A stretch of DNA of 64,000 nucleotides from Methanothrix sp. (GCA_037128175.1 JBAXWY010000004.1:64001-128000), one strand, 5' to 3'. Shown: positions 49,159 through 59,497, numbered from the stretch's first letter. Notes: a model not told the origin generated them from the letters alone. Numbers and translations are program-made.

Positions 49159-50376
49159 TTACGGTGCTCCCTTCAGATCCTCTCTTTGGGTGATGTTCTT
49201 GATCTCCTGCTTCAGATCATCAGGCAGCCCCTTGATCTCCACATCCAAAAAACCGCGCACGATAACGCTGGTGGCCTCTTCGGATGAGAGACCGCGGGAC
49301 ATGAGGTACTCCAGCTCCTCCTCGGAGATGCGGCCCACTGCCGCCTCATGGGACATATCCAGGTCCCGGCTCTGGCCGTCCAGCTCCGGTATGGAGTAGA
49401 TTCTGCCCTTGTCCGAGAGCAGAAGGCCGACGCACTCCAAGTGGGCCCGGGCGCCCGGCACTCTGCCGGTCATTCTGCCCCGGGCAATAACCTCGCCTCC
49501 CACACAGACCACGCGGGAGATGGACTCGGCACTGGTCTCGGGCGCATTGAGATTGACGTTGCTTCCCACATCAATATTGCCCATGGTGGCATAAATCACC
49601 GTGTTGAAGCTGGCCACTGCTCCGCGACCGGCAAGCGTGGCCGTGGGGAAGGTCTGAATGGTCTTGACCGGCTTTAAAAGGATGTAATTGTTGGAGAGCG
49701 AGCCACCCTCGGCAATGGTGATGCCTGTTCTGGGCCGCACCTCGACCTCTTTGCCCCAGCTATGCACCATGGTAAAACTCACCTTGGCATTCTTCTGGAT
49801 GAAGAACTCCGAGACTCCAACGTGCAATCCCCTCTGCACATGTTCCGGAGTGGTACAGCCGGTGATGACATGCAGCTCTGAGCCCTCTTCGGCAATGATG
49901 ACGTTATGCACGCGCTGGTTGAGGTTGCTGGACCCAAGATACAGGCAGCTCTTAACTGGAAATACGGTCTTCATGCCCTTCTTGGCGCGGATGAAGTAGC
50001 CCGCCGGTGGCGCTGCCGCTACTTCCGCCGTGTACTTGTCGGCATCCGGTGCCACCAGCTTCCACCAGTAGTCCTGCAGGAAGTCGTACTTCTCCAGGGC
50101 GGAGGCCATGTCCATGATCTCCACACCCTCGTAGAGAGACTTGGCGATGACTGGTGTCTGGTCCATCTGAACAAAAGAGCCTGAAGATTCGCCGTCCAGC
50201 TTTACGCCCACATCCATAGCCGCCTTCTTGACAACGCTAGGCAGATCTTCGGCATTGGCTACAATGACCTGGGGTTTGGCCTCTGATTCGTAGCTCTCCA
50301 GGTCCACATCTGTGCCGTATAAGGCCTTCTTATCGCGTGCCTTTCTGGCCTTATCTTCTATACCGGACACGTGCAT
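49159..50376 (-). CDS. sufB: SufB/SufD family Fe-S assembly protein
   Basis: HNVIIAEEGSELHVITGC, HLECVGLLL, SIPEL, SHEAAVG, YLMSRGL. Confidence 0.9.
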   Translation of the reverse strand: MHVSGIEDKARKARDKKALYGTDVDLESYESEAKPQVIVANAEDLPSVVKKAAMDVGVKLDGESSGSFVQMDQTPVIAKSLYEGVEIMDMASALEKYDFLQDYWWKLVAPDADKYTAEVAAAPPAGYFIRAKKGMKTVFPVKSCLYLGSSNLNQRVHNVIIAEEGSELHVITGCTTPEHVQRGLHVGVSEFFIQKNAKVSFTMVHSWGKEVEVRPRTGITIAEGGSLSNNYILLKPVKTIQTFPTATLAGRGAVASFNTVIYATMGNIDVGSNVNLNAPETSAESISRVVCVGGEVIARGRMTGRVPGARAHLECVGLLLSDKGRIYSIPELDGQSRDLDMSHEAAVGRISEEELEYLMSRGLSSEEATSVIVRGFLDVEIKGLPDDLKQEIKNITQREDLKGAP

Positions 50377-51092
50377 CCTACACACCCCTCATATCCGCTT
50401 TTTTTGATCTGCTCCAGGATTTCGCCCGGATTGCCGCTGCAGACGATCGAGCCGCCCAGCATGACATGGGCTCGGTCCGCTTTCATATAATCCAGAATAT
50501 GGCCGAAGTGGGTGATGATCACGCCGGACTTGGTCCTCTGGCTGGGACGCTGGTCTTTCTGGGTGAGAGTGTTTATGGCTTCGCCTATGAGCTTGATGTT
50601 CTCCAGGTCCACGCCGGAGTCCGGCTCATCCAGCATGACGAAATCAGGCTGCTGCGCTAAGAGCTGAACCATCTCGGAGCGCTTAACCTCGCCCCCCGAG
50701 AAGCCACGATTGACATCCCGATCAGCAAAGGCCTCAAAGTCCATCTTTTTAAGAATGGCCATTGCATCGGCCTTGGGATTGATGATCTTGATGAGGTCTT
50801 TGAGCCGCAGGCCGCGAATGGCCGGAGGCCGCTGAAAAGCCATGCCTATGCCCAGGCGTGCCCTTTCGTCCATGGACATGTGCGTAATATCTTCACCCTT
50901 GAATACAATGCGCCCCCCATCGATAACGTACCTGGGAATTCCAGCGATGACATTCAAGAGAGTTGTTTTGCCCGTTCCATTGGGCCCAAAGAGAACGTGG
51001 GTCTCGCCACGACTTATTCTAAGGTTGAAGTTCTTTAGAACCTGCTTACTGCCGATGCTGACCGACAGATCTTCAATCTCCAGCAGCCACAT
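50358..51092 (-). CDS. sufC: Fe-S assembly ABC ATPase
   Basis: GPNGTGKT, RDVNRGFSGGEVKRSE, LDEPDSGVD; terminal CVGC. Confidence 0.92.
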   Translation of the reverse strand: MWLLEIEDLSVSIGSKQVLKNFNLRISRGETHVLFGPNGTGKTTLLNVIAGIPRYVIDGGRIVFKGEDITHMSMDERARLGIGMAFQRPPAIRGLRLKDLIKIINPKADAMAILKKMDFEAFADRDVNRGFSGGEVKRSEMVQLLAQQPDFVMLDEPDSGVDLENIKLIGEAINTLTQKDQRPSQRTKSGVIITHFGHILDYMKADRAHVMLGGSIVCSGNPGEILEQIKKSGYEGCVGCTCPV

Positions 51093-51147
51093 CACCTCCA
51101 ATCACTAGTTCAATCGATCGTAGGAATATAATATCTTTTGCCGCAGC

Positions 51148-51726
51148 TTAATATCGCGCCAGGATTTGCAGCTCATCGATCGACCGGTTCAGGCTGGCGT
51201 AGCTTCTTACAATCCTTCCCGCCGCGCTCTCCCCGCAACCGAGCAGCTCGCACAGCTCTCGATCAAAGTCCTCCAGATCGACCTTCCGCTTGCGCAGATA
51301 CTCATGTCCCCAGGGCCCGGCCACCAGATACTTGTTGAGCGGATCGGAGCTGCTCAGAAAGTGCTCCAGCATGGCCTTGGCAGGATTTTCCAGCCGGTCG
51401 AAGGTCTTTTGCAACGCCATAGCTTTCTTATGCTCGTCGGTTTTGCTGGCCAGCCTGGGCCGCCAGACCAGTACCTCCAGGGCCGCCACCAGGACGGCAT
51501 CTAAATTGAGATGGGCGAAGCGAATGAAGTTGCCAAACGATTTTGCATCCCGGGCTTTGGCCGAGGACTGCACGTAGACTGAGATCTTGCCGATCTTCTC
51601 CGAGAACTCGCCCTGACGCAGAGGCACGAGCATGCCCTGCACCTCTTCGATAGCCTCTGCCAGCGAGCCTCCTTGCGGGCCCGTCAGCCAGCCGCTCTCT
51701 TGCCCGCCCGTCCTCTCGTTTGCCAT
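51148..51726 (-). CDS. hypothetical protein
   Basis: 192 aa ORF with host-like codon use, co-oriented between lysA and sufC. Confidence 0.6.
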   Translation of the reverse strand: MANERTGGQESGWLTGPQGGSLAEAIEEVQGMLVPLRQGEFSEKIGKISVYVQSSAKARDAKSFGNFIRFAHLNLDAVLVAALEVLVWRPRLASKTDEHKKAMALQKTFDRLENPAKAMLEHFLSSSDPLNKYLVAGPWGHEYLRKRKVDLEDFDRELCELLGCGESAAGRIVRSYASLNRSIDELQILARY

Positions 51727-51734
51727 TTTTACTC

Positions 51735-53018
51735 CTACCACATGAGCCGGGGCAGGATTCTCTGCCCGGCCAAAAGGGCGCTGGAGTCCTCTGCCCGCCG
51801 GGTGACCTCAGCCTTGTCCCCGGAAACGAGTACCTCTGCCGGACGGGGCTGGCCGTTGTACTGGGAGGCCATGGAAAAGCCATAGGCTCCGGCATCCAGG
51901 AAGGCCAGAACGTCGCTGCGCTCAAGAGCTGGCAGCCGCCGGTCTTTGGCCAGAACATCCCCGGTCTCGCAGATTGGTCCCACCACGGTGTAGGTCTCCT
52001 CGGCAGGCGCATCGATGCGGCTGGCCACCACGACATGATGATAGGAGTCGTAGAGCATGGGCCGGGCCAGGACGTTGAAGCCGGCATCCACCGCCACGAA
52101 ATTGACATGCGCCCTCTTGACCACGTTGACCGTTGTGAGCATGACTGTGGTATCGGCCACAATGCTGCGTCCCGGCTCCAGGATGAGCTTGGGGGCAATG
52201 CCTAGATCGCGGCTGCGGTCCTGGAAAATAGGCAGCACTGCCGCCGCCAGGTCGTCGGGTGTGGGCGCAGGCAGGTCGGGATGGTACTGGATGCCCAATC
52301 CCCCGCCTAGATCGATCCGCTTCACCTCGCCGCCCAGAGCTACGACCGCAGCAACGATGTCCATCATCTTGCCCGCCGCCTCAGCAAAGGGCGCGATGTC
52401 CAGGATCTGCGAGCCGATGTGGCAGTGCAGGCCCACCGGCTTTACCCCCTCCTGGCCCATGGCCTTCAGGTAGGTCTCGGCCACCTGCTCCGCAGGAATG
52501 CCGAACTTGGAGGAACGAAGGCCCGTGGCGATCTTGGGATGAGTCTTGGGGGAGACATCGGGATTTACCCGGAAGAGGATCTCCGCCTCTTGCCCCATTC
52601 GCTTCGCGGTCTTTGCGAGATGCTCCAGCTCCTCGCGCGAGTCCACGGACATGCGCACGCCGGCCTGGATGGCCATCTCGTGATCCTTCTCGCTCTTGGA
52701 GTTGCCGTTGTAGAGGATCATATCCCGGGGGATGCCGGCCATGCGCACCACGGAAAGCTCCCCTGCCGAAAATACATCAGCGCCCATGCCTTCCTGGGCG
52801 GCGATGCGTAGGATTGTGAGGTTGCCGTTGGCCTTTACGGCGAAGTACTTGTCCGCATCAGGAAAGGCGCGATGATAGGCGCGAATGTTCTCACGCAGGC
52901 GGCTCTCGGAGGTGACGTAAAGAGGGGTGCCCTGCTGCTGGGCGAGGGCAACGCAGTCAACGTCTTCCATGAAAAGATGATCGCTACGAGAGGTGAGATG
53001 GGATTTAGGTCCGAACAT
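51735..53018 (-). CDS. lysA: diaminopimelate decarboxylase
   Basis: FAVKAN PLP Lys, SKFG, HCHIGSQ, DLGGG, EPGRS, GPICETGD, GAYG..YN. Confidence 0.95.
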   Translation of the reverse strand: MFGPKSHLTSRSDHLFMEDVDCVALAQQQGTPLYVTSESRLRENIRAYHRAFPDADKYFAVKANGNLTILRIAAQEGMGADVFSAGELSVVRMAGIPRDMILYNGNSKSEKDHEMAIQAGVRMSVDSREELEHLAKTAKRMGQEAEILFRVNPDVSPKTHPKIATGLRSSKFGIPAEQVAETYLKAMGQEGVKPVGLHCHIGSQILDIAPFAEAAGKMMDIVAAVVALGGEVKRIDLGGGLGIQYHPDLPAPTPDDLAAAVLPIFQDRSRDLGIAPKLILEPGRSIVADTTVMLTTVNVVKRAHVNFVAVDAGFNVLARPMLYDSYHHVVVASRIDAPAEETYTVVGPICETGDVLAKDRRLPALERSDVLAFLDAGAYGFSMASQYNGQPRPAEVLVSGDKAEVTRRAEDSSALLAGQRILPRLMW

Positions 53019-53246
53019 GATTTTAACAGATCTCTCAGGGATTACTAAATCGTTTCTATGCAGAAGAGAAAAACATGATTATTAGTCTTAGTAAATCGGG
53101 GCGTACAATCTAACGATCGCGATTAATCAGCACCATCAATAGCAAAAAGTAAGTCCACAATCCGCCGCGCACCATAAGGTGGTTCGGTTCCCGATTACCA
53201 CCACCTCATAATGCAACAGTCAAACCTGGACGGTCATCCTTCCGGA

Positions 53247-53969
53247 TTACTCTTCTATCGATGCATTACCGGCGATCTCTATCTGGGGAAAGATATAGTT
53301 CACCCAACAGAGGGCCACCAGAGATGTCCCATACTTTTTCTGCACCTGAAGATAGTCGATGGCGTAGGTTGGGTCAGAGAATTGATACTCACTGGCATTG
53401 TACCTTCGATTCACCTCTCCCATCAGGGAAGTGTGCAAAGCCTCTTTTGCATCCACCCTGGCCTTTTCTTCAGGCACTGTCTGGTTTTCATACTTCTCCT
53501 TATACTCAGCAGCAAACCCGCCGACCAGCACTCCTTCCTGGGTGCTCACCCATATCCTGCCTACCCCGGTACACAGAGTATCGCCCTTCACGCCATTAAG
53601 ATCGGACATGATGGTTTCAATGGCAGCACCGTGGTGGAAGTACTCCCTGGCTTCACTCAAGGTGATCTCTCTAGATTCGGGAGGAAGCACCGAGGTGTAT
53701 TTCAGCACATTGAAGTTCTCAATGCTTGCATTCATCAGGGCCAAGTCGTAAGACCCCGTTTCCCAGGGATCGTCGCCGGGGCCTAAATCGGTGTCGTTAT
53801 GGCCCATGGTGACGAAGTACTCATTGGGGATCCTGTTGCCGAGGACGAGGCCGTACATCACACCCATATCTTCATTTGCCTGGGCCCCTTTAGCGATGGC
53901 CAGGCCAGCCAAGGGTGTTGCGAGTAAGACTAACAAAATTATCGTCGATAGAGATGTTGTTATTTTCAT
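53247..53969 (-). CDS. pyruvoyl-dependent arginine decarboxylase family protein with N-terminal signal peptide
   Basis: ETGSYDLAL..IENFNVLKYTSVLP self-cleavage region and GGFAAEY, as in AaxB/PdaD. Confidence 0.8.
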   Translation of the reverse strand: MKITTSLSTIILLVLLATPLAGLAIAKGAQANEDMGVMYGLVLGNRIPNEYFVTMGHNDTDLGPGDDPWETGSYDLALMNASIENFNVLKYTSVLPPESREITLSEAREYFHHGAAIETIMSDLNGVKGDTLCTGVGRIWVSTQEGVLVGGFAAEYKEKYENQTVPEEKARVDAKEALHTSLMGEVNRRYNASEYQFSDPTYAIDYLQVQKKYGTSLVALCWVNYIFPQIEIAGNASIEE

Positions 53970-54096
53970 AAAAAGTCCCTCTTTTTTCCTATAAAGTTAC
54001 GCTCCTATTAAATAGCATTTCGGTAGCGTGCCTTGGTACAATCCACCACTTACCGGAACTACGTCTTGCGCCTACCGGATTTCCTGGGGAGCGGGA

Positions 54097-54158
54097 TTTC
54101 GCGGCTTCGCGCCTTCGCGTCATCCGGTTTCTCGCGCGAAGCCGCGAAGGACGCGATG
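54097..54158. repeat. REP-like palindrome of inverted octamer arrays
   Basis: TTTCGCGG-CTTCGCGC-CTTCGCGT facing GCGCGAAG-CCGCGAAG; perfect 15-bp inverted repeat 54098-54112 / 54134-54148. Confidence 0.75.
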
Positions 54159-54381
54159 AAGCAACGATGAAGCTCTTTTGGTTCTCTGCTGCAATTTCAT
54201 CATCATAAGTTCGAAATTGTATCCGCCCTGGAAAGAGCCGATGCAAAAGCGGCCATGAGCCCGGACGCCTGTTGGATGAGGATGATTTTCGGGACGAACT
54301 CTGAGTACTTAGCTGGCCAAAAAGGAGGAGGGAGTGGCCTGGAAGGCGGCCCTCGATTGTGCCGGCGAGCCTGCTCCGTCT

Positions 54382-54663
54382 TCAGACGGTAATGGAGCAG
54401 AGTCCTGGAGCCGAACCATTGGGGGTGAGCTTGCAGATGCGGCCCTCTAAGCCGACCTCTACATAGCCGCCTTTGGGTTTGGCATCGAAGTCATGAGTTA
54501 CCAGATAGAAGGCCAGATCCTCTGCGTCCATGCGAGGATCATCGAAAGACGATATTGTGGACTTCAAGTCCGAGAGAGAGGCATTCGATGCGCCGACGGT
54601 TGGCAGCGCCAGCATGATCACAATCGAGATGAGACATATTGCACTTATTTGCTTCCAGGCCAT
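54382..54663 (-). CDS. small secreted hypothetical protein
   Basis: signal peptide; DLAFYLVTHDFDAKP; terminal Cys pair. Confidence 0.6.
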   Translation of the reverse strand: MAWKQISAICLISIVIMLALPTVGASNASLSDLKSTISSFDDPRMDAEDLAFYLVTHDFDAKPKGGYVEVGLEGRICKLTPNGSAPGLCSITV

Positions 54664-54737
54664 AGTCACTCTTAAAGACTTCGAGAATCATATAGACGAT
54701 TGAGTACAACTTAGACGCCAACTTTTAACAGATGAGA

Positions 54738-55595
54738 TCAGCGTGACATCTTGATCCTCGATCCAAACCTTTCCGCATATACCCGTGTGAACTCAGCACC
54801 CATGAGGAAGATCTGAGCGGAGTAATAGACCCAGAGCATGAGTATAACCACTGAGCCTGCAGCACCATAAGCTGACCCCTCCGCGCTACATTCAATGTAA
54901 AGCCCTATCAGAAACTTGCCCGCAATGAAGAGCAGGGTGGTGAATACTGCCCCGATCCAGACGTCACTCCAGGCGACACGAGCATCTGGTACCACTTTAT
55001 AGATAAGGGCAAAGAGGAAAGTGATGACCACAAAGGATGCGAGGAAGTTGACGGCTCTAAGAAAGGTCTCATTGTCTGGCAGAAGCGTGCCTACTAAAGT
55101 CCCAAAGGCCGATAAGGAGGCGTCGACCAACAGGGATACCAGCAACAAAAACCCTATGCCTACAACCATGCTAAGCGAGAAGAAGTATTCCTTGATGGTG
55201 CCAAAGATCCCCTTATCAGGCCTTGACTTCACATCCCATATGTCATTTAGCGAATCCTTTAGCTGAATGAACACCTCTGCAGCACCAAAAAGCAGGATGA
55301 TGAGGCCCATGATCTCAGCCAAAGTACTATGTCCGGGCATGGCGGCATTCTCCATAACCATCTTTATCGCACTTGCCCCATCTTCGCCCACCAGGCTTTG
55401 CATGGCGTATGCGATCTCCTCCCGAACGGCCGGCTCCCCAAAAGCAAAGCCGGCAATGTCTATTACTATGATCAGGATGGGTGCAAGAGATAGGATGGTG
55501 TAGAAAGCCAGTGCAGCTGCAAGCCGGGATGCCTTATCATCGCTCCAGTCATGGTAGACCTCGATCAGCATCTTCCACAAGGCATTGGGGCTCAT
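54738..55595 (-). CDS. YihY/BrkB family membrane protein (second paralog)
   Basis: RLAAALAFYTILS, SAYGAAGSVVILMLWVYYSAQIFLMGAEF. Confidence 0.92.
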   Translation of the reverse strand: MSPNALWKMLIEVYHDWSDDKASRLAAALAFYTILSLAPILIIVIDIAGFAFGEPAVREEIAYAMQSLVGEDGASAIKMVMENAAMPGHSTLAEIMGLIILLFGAAEVFIQLKDSLNDIWDVKSRPDKGIFGTIKEYFFSLSMVVGIGFLLLVSLLVDASLSAFGTLVGTLLPDNETFLRAVNFLASFVVITFLFALIYKVVPDARVAWSDVWIGAVFTTLLFIAGKFLIGLYIECSAEGSAYGAAGSVVILMLWVYYSAQIFLMGAEFTRVYAERFGSRIKMSR

Positions 55596-55646
55596 CTACT
55601 GTAAACAGCCGTGAGTTCATAAATACTTTCGCGAAGTGGTTCTTCT

Positions 55647-56117
55647 TCACAAGATTCTTTCCTTCACCCTTACCACCTCAATTCCCGCCTGCCGCAAGAA
55701 ATCCAGCGCCGTCCCATCAGGGTAGCTCAGCTGGTAGACCACTTTTGTCACTCGGGCATTGATCATCATCTTGGCGCAGAGGATGCAGGGCTGGTGCGTG
55801 CAGTAAAGCGTTGCCCCCTCGATGCTGATGCCGTGCAGTGCCGCCTGGATGATGGCATTCTGCTCAGCGTGCACCGCCCGGCATAGCTCGTGGTGCGTGC
55901 CCGAGGCCACGCCTTCCCGCGCGCAGCCCACAATGTCGCAGTGCTCCAGGCCGGAGGGTGCGCCATTGTAGCCCGTAGTAAGAATGCGCTTGTTCCTCAC
56001 AAAGAGCGCACCTACCTGATTGCGCAGGCAGGTAGAGCGTTTGGCCACCACAGAGGCTATCTCCATGAAGTAATCGTCGGACGAGGGACGCTCGATGGAT
56101 TTCATTATAAATTCCAA
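55647..56117 (-). CDS. dCMP/cytidine deaminase family protein
   Basis: RSTCLR, TGYNG, HAEQNA, PCILC intact Zn site. Confidence 0.92.
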   Translation of the reverse strand: MEFIMKSIERPSSDDYFMEIASVVAKRSTCLRNQVGALFVRNKRILTTGYNGAPSGLEHCDIVGCAREGVASGTHHELCRAVHAEQNAIIQAALHGISIEGATLYCTHQPCILCAKMMINARVTKVVYQLSYPDGTALDFLRQAGIEVVRVKERIL

Positions 56118-56189
56118 AGGCCTTTAGCTTAAAAACCTCTCGCAGGTCAGGGCAAGATTAATATTAGTTTCCCTACGCGATTAAAGGCC

Positions 56190-57686
56190 ATGTCTATTCA
56201 TTGGGCTGACGTCATCGCCGAGAAGCTCGAAAAGAGCGGCCCGCACACCATTGCCACGGGCATAACCCCATCCGGGCCGGTTCATATCGGAAACATGCGC
56301 GAGGTCATGACGGCAGAGGCCGTCTACCGCGCTCTTCTGGACAGGGGTGTAGAGGCAAAGCTCATCTACATCGCCGACACCTACGACCGCCTGCGAAGGC
56401 TCTACCCCTTCCTGCCGGAGAGCTTCACCGAGCACATCGGAAAACCGCTCTCGGAAATACCCTGCCCCCTGGGATGCTGCGCCAGCTACGCCGACCATTT
56501 TCTTAATCCCTTCTTGAAAAGCATGGAGAGGCTGGGCATCAAGCCAGAGGTCTACCGCGCCGATGTGCTCTACAAAGAGGGCAAGTACAATGAAGCCATC
56601 AAGACTGCCTTGCAGCGCAAGGACGACATCGCCCGCATCCTAAAAGAGGTCTCGGGCCGCGATGTTCCGGCAGGCTGGAGCCCCTTTGATGCCATATGCA
56701 GTAGCTGCGGCCGCACCAACACCACGCATGTCACGGGCTTTGATCTGGTGGGCGAGACGGTGGACTACGAGTGCTCTTGCGGCTCACGGGGCACCGTATC
56801 CATGAGCGGCGGAGGAAAGCTGGTCTGGCGGGTGGACTGGCCGGCCCGCTGGCCCATTTTTAATGTTACTGTGGAGCCCTTCGGCAAGGACCATGCCACA
56901 TCCGGCGGCTCCTACGACACAGGCAAGCGCATCAGTGAAGAGATCTACGGCTACCCTGCCCCCTTCCCCATGGTCTACGAGTGGATTCATCTCAAGGGCG
57001 TGGGCGCCATGCACAGTTCCACGGGAATTGTGGTCACCATCCAGGAGATGCTGGACGTGGTGCCCCCCGAGGTCCTGCGCTACCTGATCATCAGGAACAA
57101 GCCTGAGAAGCACATCGAGTTTGACCCGGGACTGCCGCTGCTCTCCCTGGTGGACGAGTACGACCAGCGAAAGGGCGATGAGAGGGCCATTGAGCTATCC
57201 AATATCAGTAAGAGCGGGCCCTTCGAGATTCCCTTCCGCCACATGGTCACGGCGGTGCAGATCGCTCGCGGCGACGAGGACGGCCTCTTCGTGGCCCTGA
57301 AAAGATCCGGCTACGATGTCATCACGAGGCGCGAAGAGATCTTAGGCCGGGCAAGAAATGTGCAGACGTGGCTGGACAAATATGCGCCGGCTTACGTCAA
57401 GTTCCAGGTGCAAGAGGCACTTCCGGCCGCAGTCAATAACCTCACTCCCGAAGAAAGGAAGAGCCTGGGCATCTTGGCCGAGCAGGTAGAGGAGAAAACG
57501 GCAGCCGACATTCATGAACTAGTCTATGCCGTGGCCAAGGAGCAGGGCCTCGACTCCAAGAAGTTCTTCCAGGCCATCTATCTGACCTTCCTGGGCGACC
57601 GGCAGGGCCCCAAGGTGGGCTGGTTCCTGGCCAGCCTGGAGAGAGGATTTGTTAAAGCCAGACTGAAGGAAGCAGCGGCCACGTAG
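56190..57686 (+). CDS. lysS: class I lysine--tRNA ligase
   Basis: GITPSGPVHIGN, WRVDWPARW, EPFGKDH, MHSSTG (KMSKS-like), GPKVG. Confidence 0.96.
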   Translation: MSIHWADVIAEKLEKSGPHTIATGITPSGPVHIGNMREVMTAEAVYRALLDRGVEAKLIYIADTYDRLRRLYPFLPESFTEHIGKPLSEIPCPLGCCASYADHFLNPFLKSMERLGIKPEVYRADVLYKEGKYNEAIKTALQRKDDIARILKEVSGRDVPAGWSPFDAICSSCGRTNTTHVTGFDLVGETVDYECSCGSRGTVSMSGGGKLVWRVDWPARWPIFNVTVEPFGKDHATSGGSYDTGKRISEEIYGYPAPFPMVYEWIHLKGVGAMHSSTGIVVTIQEMLDVVPPEVLRYLIIRNKPEKHIEFDPGLPLLSLVDEYDQRKGDERAIELSNISKSGPFEIPFRHMVTAVQIARGDEDGLFVALKRSGYDVITRREEILGRARNVQTWLDKYAPAYVKFQVQEALPAAVNNLTPEERKSLGILAEQVEEKTAADIHELVYAVAKEQGLDSKKFFQAIYLTFLGDRQGPKVGWFLASLERGFVKARLKEAAAT

Positions 57687-57691
57687 ATGTC

Positions 57692-58108
57692 ATGGTGCAC
57701 AAGATCTACCTGTCCGGCCCGCTCTTCTCGCGGGGCGAGATCGCCTGGGGGAAATGTGTCAAGAGATTCCTAGAGGACAGGCTAGATGGCGTCCCAATAA
57801 TCTGGCCCCATGAGATCGTCCCTTGCTCTGCGAAGCCGGCAGAGATCTTCCAGGCCAATTTGCAGGCCTTAAACGAATGCGATATCATGGTGGCCATGCT
57901 GGACGGCTCTTCGGTTGACGACGGCACCGCCTGGGAGATTGGCTACTTCTTCATGCAGGGCAAAAAAATCCTGGGGATAAGAACGGACTTTCGCCGCGCC
58001 GGAGAAACGGATAGTTCTCGCGTCAACCTCATGATAGAGTGCTCCTGCCAGTGCATAGCCTCGGGCCTGGAAGAGCTGGCAATGGATCTGAAGAGGCTCT
58101 TAGATTGA
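57692..58108 (+). CDS. nucleoside 2-deoxyribosyltransferase family protein
   Basis: KIYLSGPLFS, DDGTAWEIGY, RTDFR, VNLMI. Confidence 0.88.
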   Translation: MVHKIYLSGPLFSRGEIAWGKCVKRFLEDRLDGVPIIWPHEIVPCSAKPAEIFQANLQALNECDIMVAMLDGSSVDDGTAWEIGYFFMQGKKILGIRTDFRRAGETDSSRVNLMIECSCQCIASGLEELAMDLKRLLD

Positions 58109-58863
58109 TCTCGCCCGTCTTTGACGCGCCCCTTCTCCTGGTGGAGGGAGAGGAGCGCGTCCTGGTGGCCGCCGATCTTCACCTGGGCCTGGAGTATGAA
58201 CTGTGGCGGGGTGGCGTCTCTATTCCCAGCCAGACCGAAAAGATTCTGGCGGCGCTGTCGGGCTTTTTAGCCGTGATAAAACCGGATCGTCTTCTGCTTT
58301 TAGGGGATATCAAGCACAACGTTCCAAAGACGAGCTGGCAGGAGAAGAGGGAGATTCCCGAATTCTTGCGCCGGCTCTCTGCCCAGGTTTTGGTGGAGAT
58401 CGTGCCGGGAAATCATGACAGCAACCTTGCCGACATGGCCCCCCTGGGTGTGCGGGTGCGTGCGTCCTCCGGTTTTGTGCTGGACAATGTGGGCTATTTC
58501 CACGGGCACACCTGGCCGGATGAAAAGGTTATGCGCGCTGTTGCCCAGGTGGCGGGGCACCTGCATCCGGCAGTAAGGCTCCCTGACCCTTTAGGCCGCT
58601 CTCCTTCCCGCCCCGTTTGGGCAAAAACGCGGCTTGTGAGTCGCGCGGTGCAAGAGCATTACGGTTTTGCCAGTGATAGTGAGATCATCATCGCCCCCGC
58701 GTTCAACATTCTTTGCGGTGGACTGCCACTCAATGAGCCGGTCGAGGAAATGCGCGGCCCACTGCTTACTATAGCCGACTGGGAGGGAGCGCGCCTCTAT
58801 CTGCTGGACGGAACCAACCTTGGCACCCTGGCGGAGATAAAAGCGGTGCAAAGAAAGCCATAA
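58105..58863 (+). CDS. metallophosphoesterase
   Basis: ADLHLG, LGDIKH, GNHD, FHGH, GHLHP, PAFN; TTG at 58105 coupled to the upstream stop. Confidence 0.88.
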   Translation: MISPVFDAPLLLVEGEERVLVAADLHLGLEYELWRGGVSIPSQTEKILAALSGFLAVIKPDRLLLLGDIKHNVPKTSWQEKREIPEFLRRLSAQVLVEIVPGNHDSNLADMAPLGVRVRASSGFVLDNVGYFHGHTWPDEKVMRAVAQVAGHLHPAVRLPDPLGRSPSRPVWAKTRLVSRAVQEHYGFASDSEIIIAPAFNILCGGLPLNEPVEEMRGPLLTIADWEGARLYLLDGTNLGTLAEIKAVQRKP

Positions 58864-58906
58864 GAATTATTACCAATGCAATTCTTACAAGAGAGGGGAT
58901 TAAGAA

Positions 58907-59458
58907 GTGAAAGATAAAGAGAGGCTTTTAGAATTGCTCAAGGACAAATCCCTTGAGGTGAGGCCGGTCACCCTGTCCTCAGGTAAAATCAGCGATTATT
59001 ACATGGACTGCAAGCGCGTTACCTTGAGTGCGGAAGGGGCTTACCTCACCGGCAAGCTTATGCTGGAGATGATCCGTCCGGAGGTATCCGCCGTGGCCGG
59101 TCTCACCCTGGGCGCGGACCCCATTGTATCATCCATCTCGGTCCTAAGCCATATGCAAAAGAGAGACCTGGCTGGCCTGATTGTACGAAAAGAGCCCAAG
59201 AAGCACGGCACCATGAGCTATGTGGAGGGACCTGCTCTGCAAAAAGGAGCTATGGTCGCAGTGGTGGAAGACGTGGTCACCTCAGGAGCATCCCTTCTTA
59301 GAGCCATCGATCGCATTGAGGCCGCAGGCTATCGGCCTGTGCAAGCACTGACCATACTGGACCGCCAGGAAGGCGGAAGAGAAGCCATCGAAGAACGTGG
59401 ATTCATGCTGAAAGCACTCTTTACACGCGACGATTTGGATATAGATAAACGAATATAG
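58907..59458 (+). CDS. pyrE: orotate phosphoribosyltransferase
   Basis: LSSGKISDYYMD, GADP, VRKEPKKHG, VVEDVVTSGAS. Confidence 0.96.
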   Translation: MKDKERLLELLKDKSLEVRPVTLSSGKISDYYMDCKRVTLSAEGAYLTGKLMLEMIRPEVSAVAGLTLGADPIVSSISVLSHMQKRDLAGLIVRKEPKKHGTMSYVEGPALQKGAMVAVVEDVVTSGASLLRAIDRIEAAGYRPVQALTILDRQEGGREAIEERGFMLKALFTRDDLDIDKRI

Positions 59459-59497
59459 ATAAAAAAAAAAAGAATTATACCAATCAGGATTCATTTC

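Noticed and set aside
54320-54380. GAAGGCGGCCC as an eighth copy of the cassette repeat
   Set aside because: Only a short match; the GCAGAAATC core and other blocks are absent.
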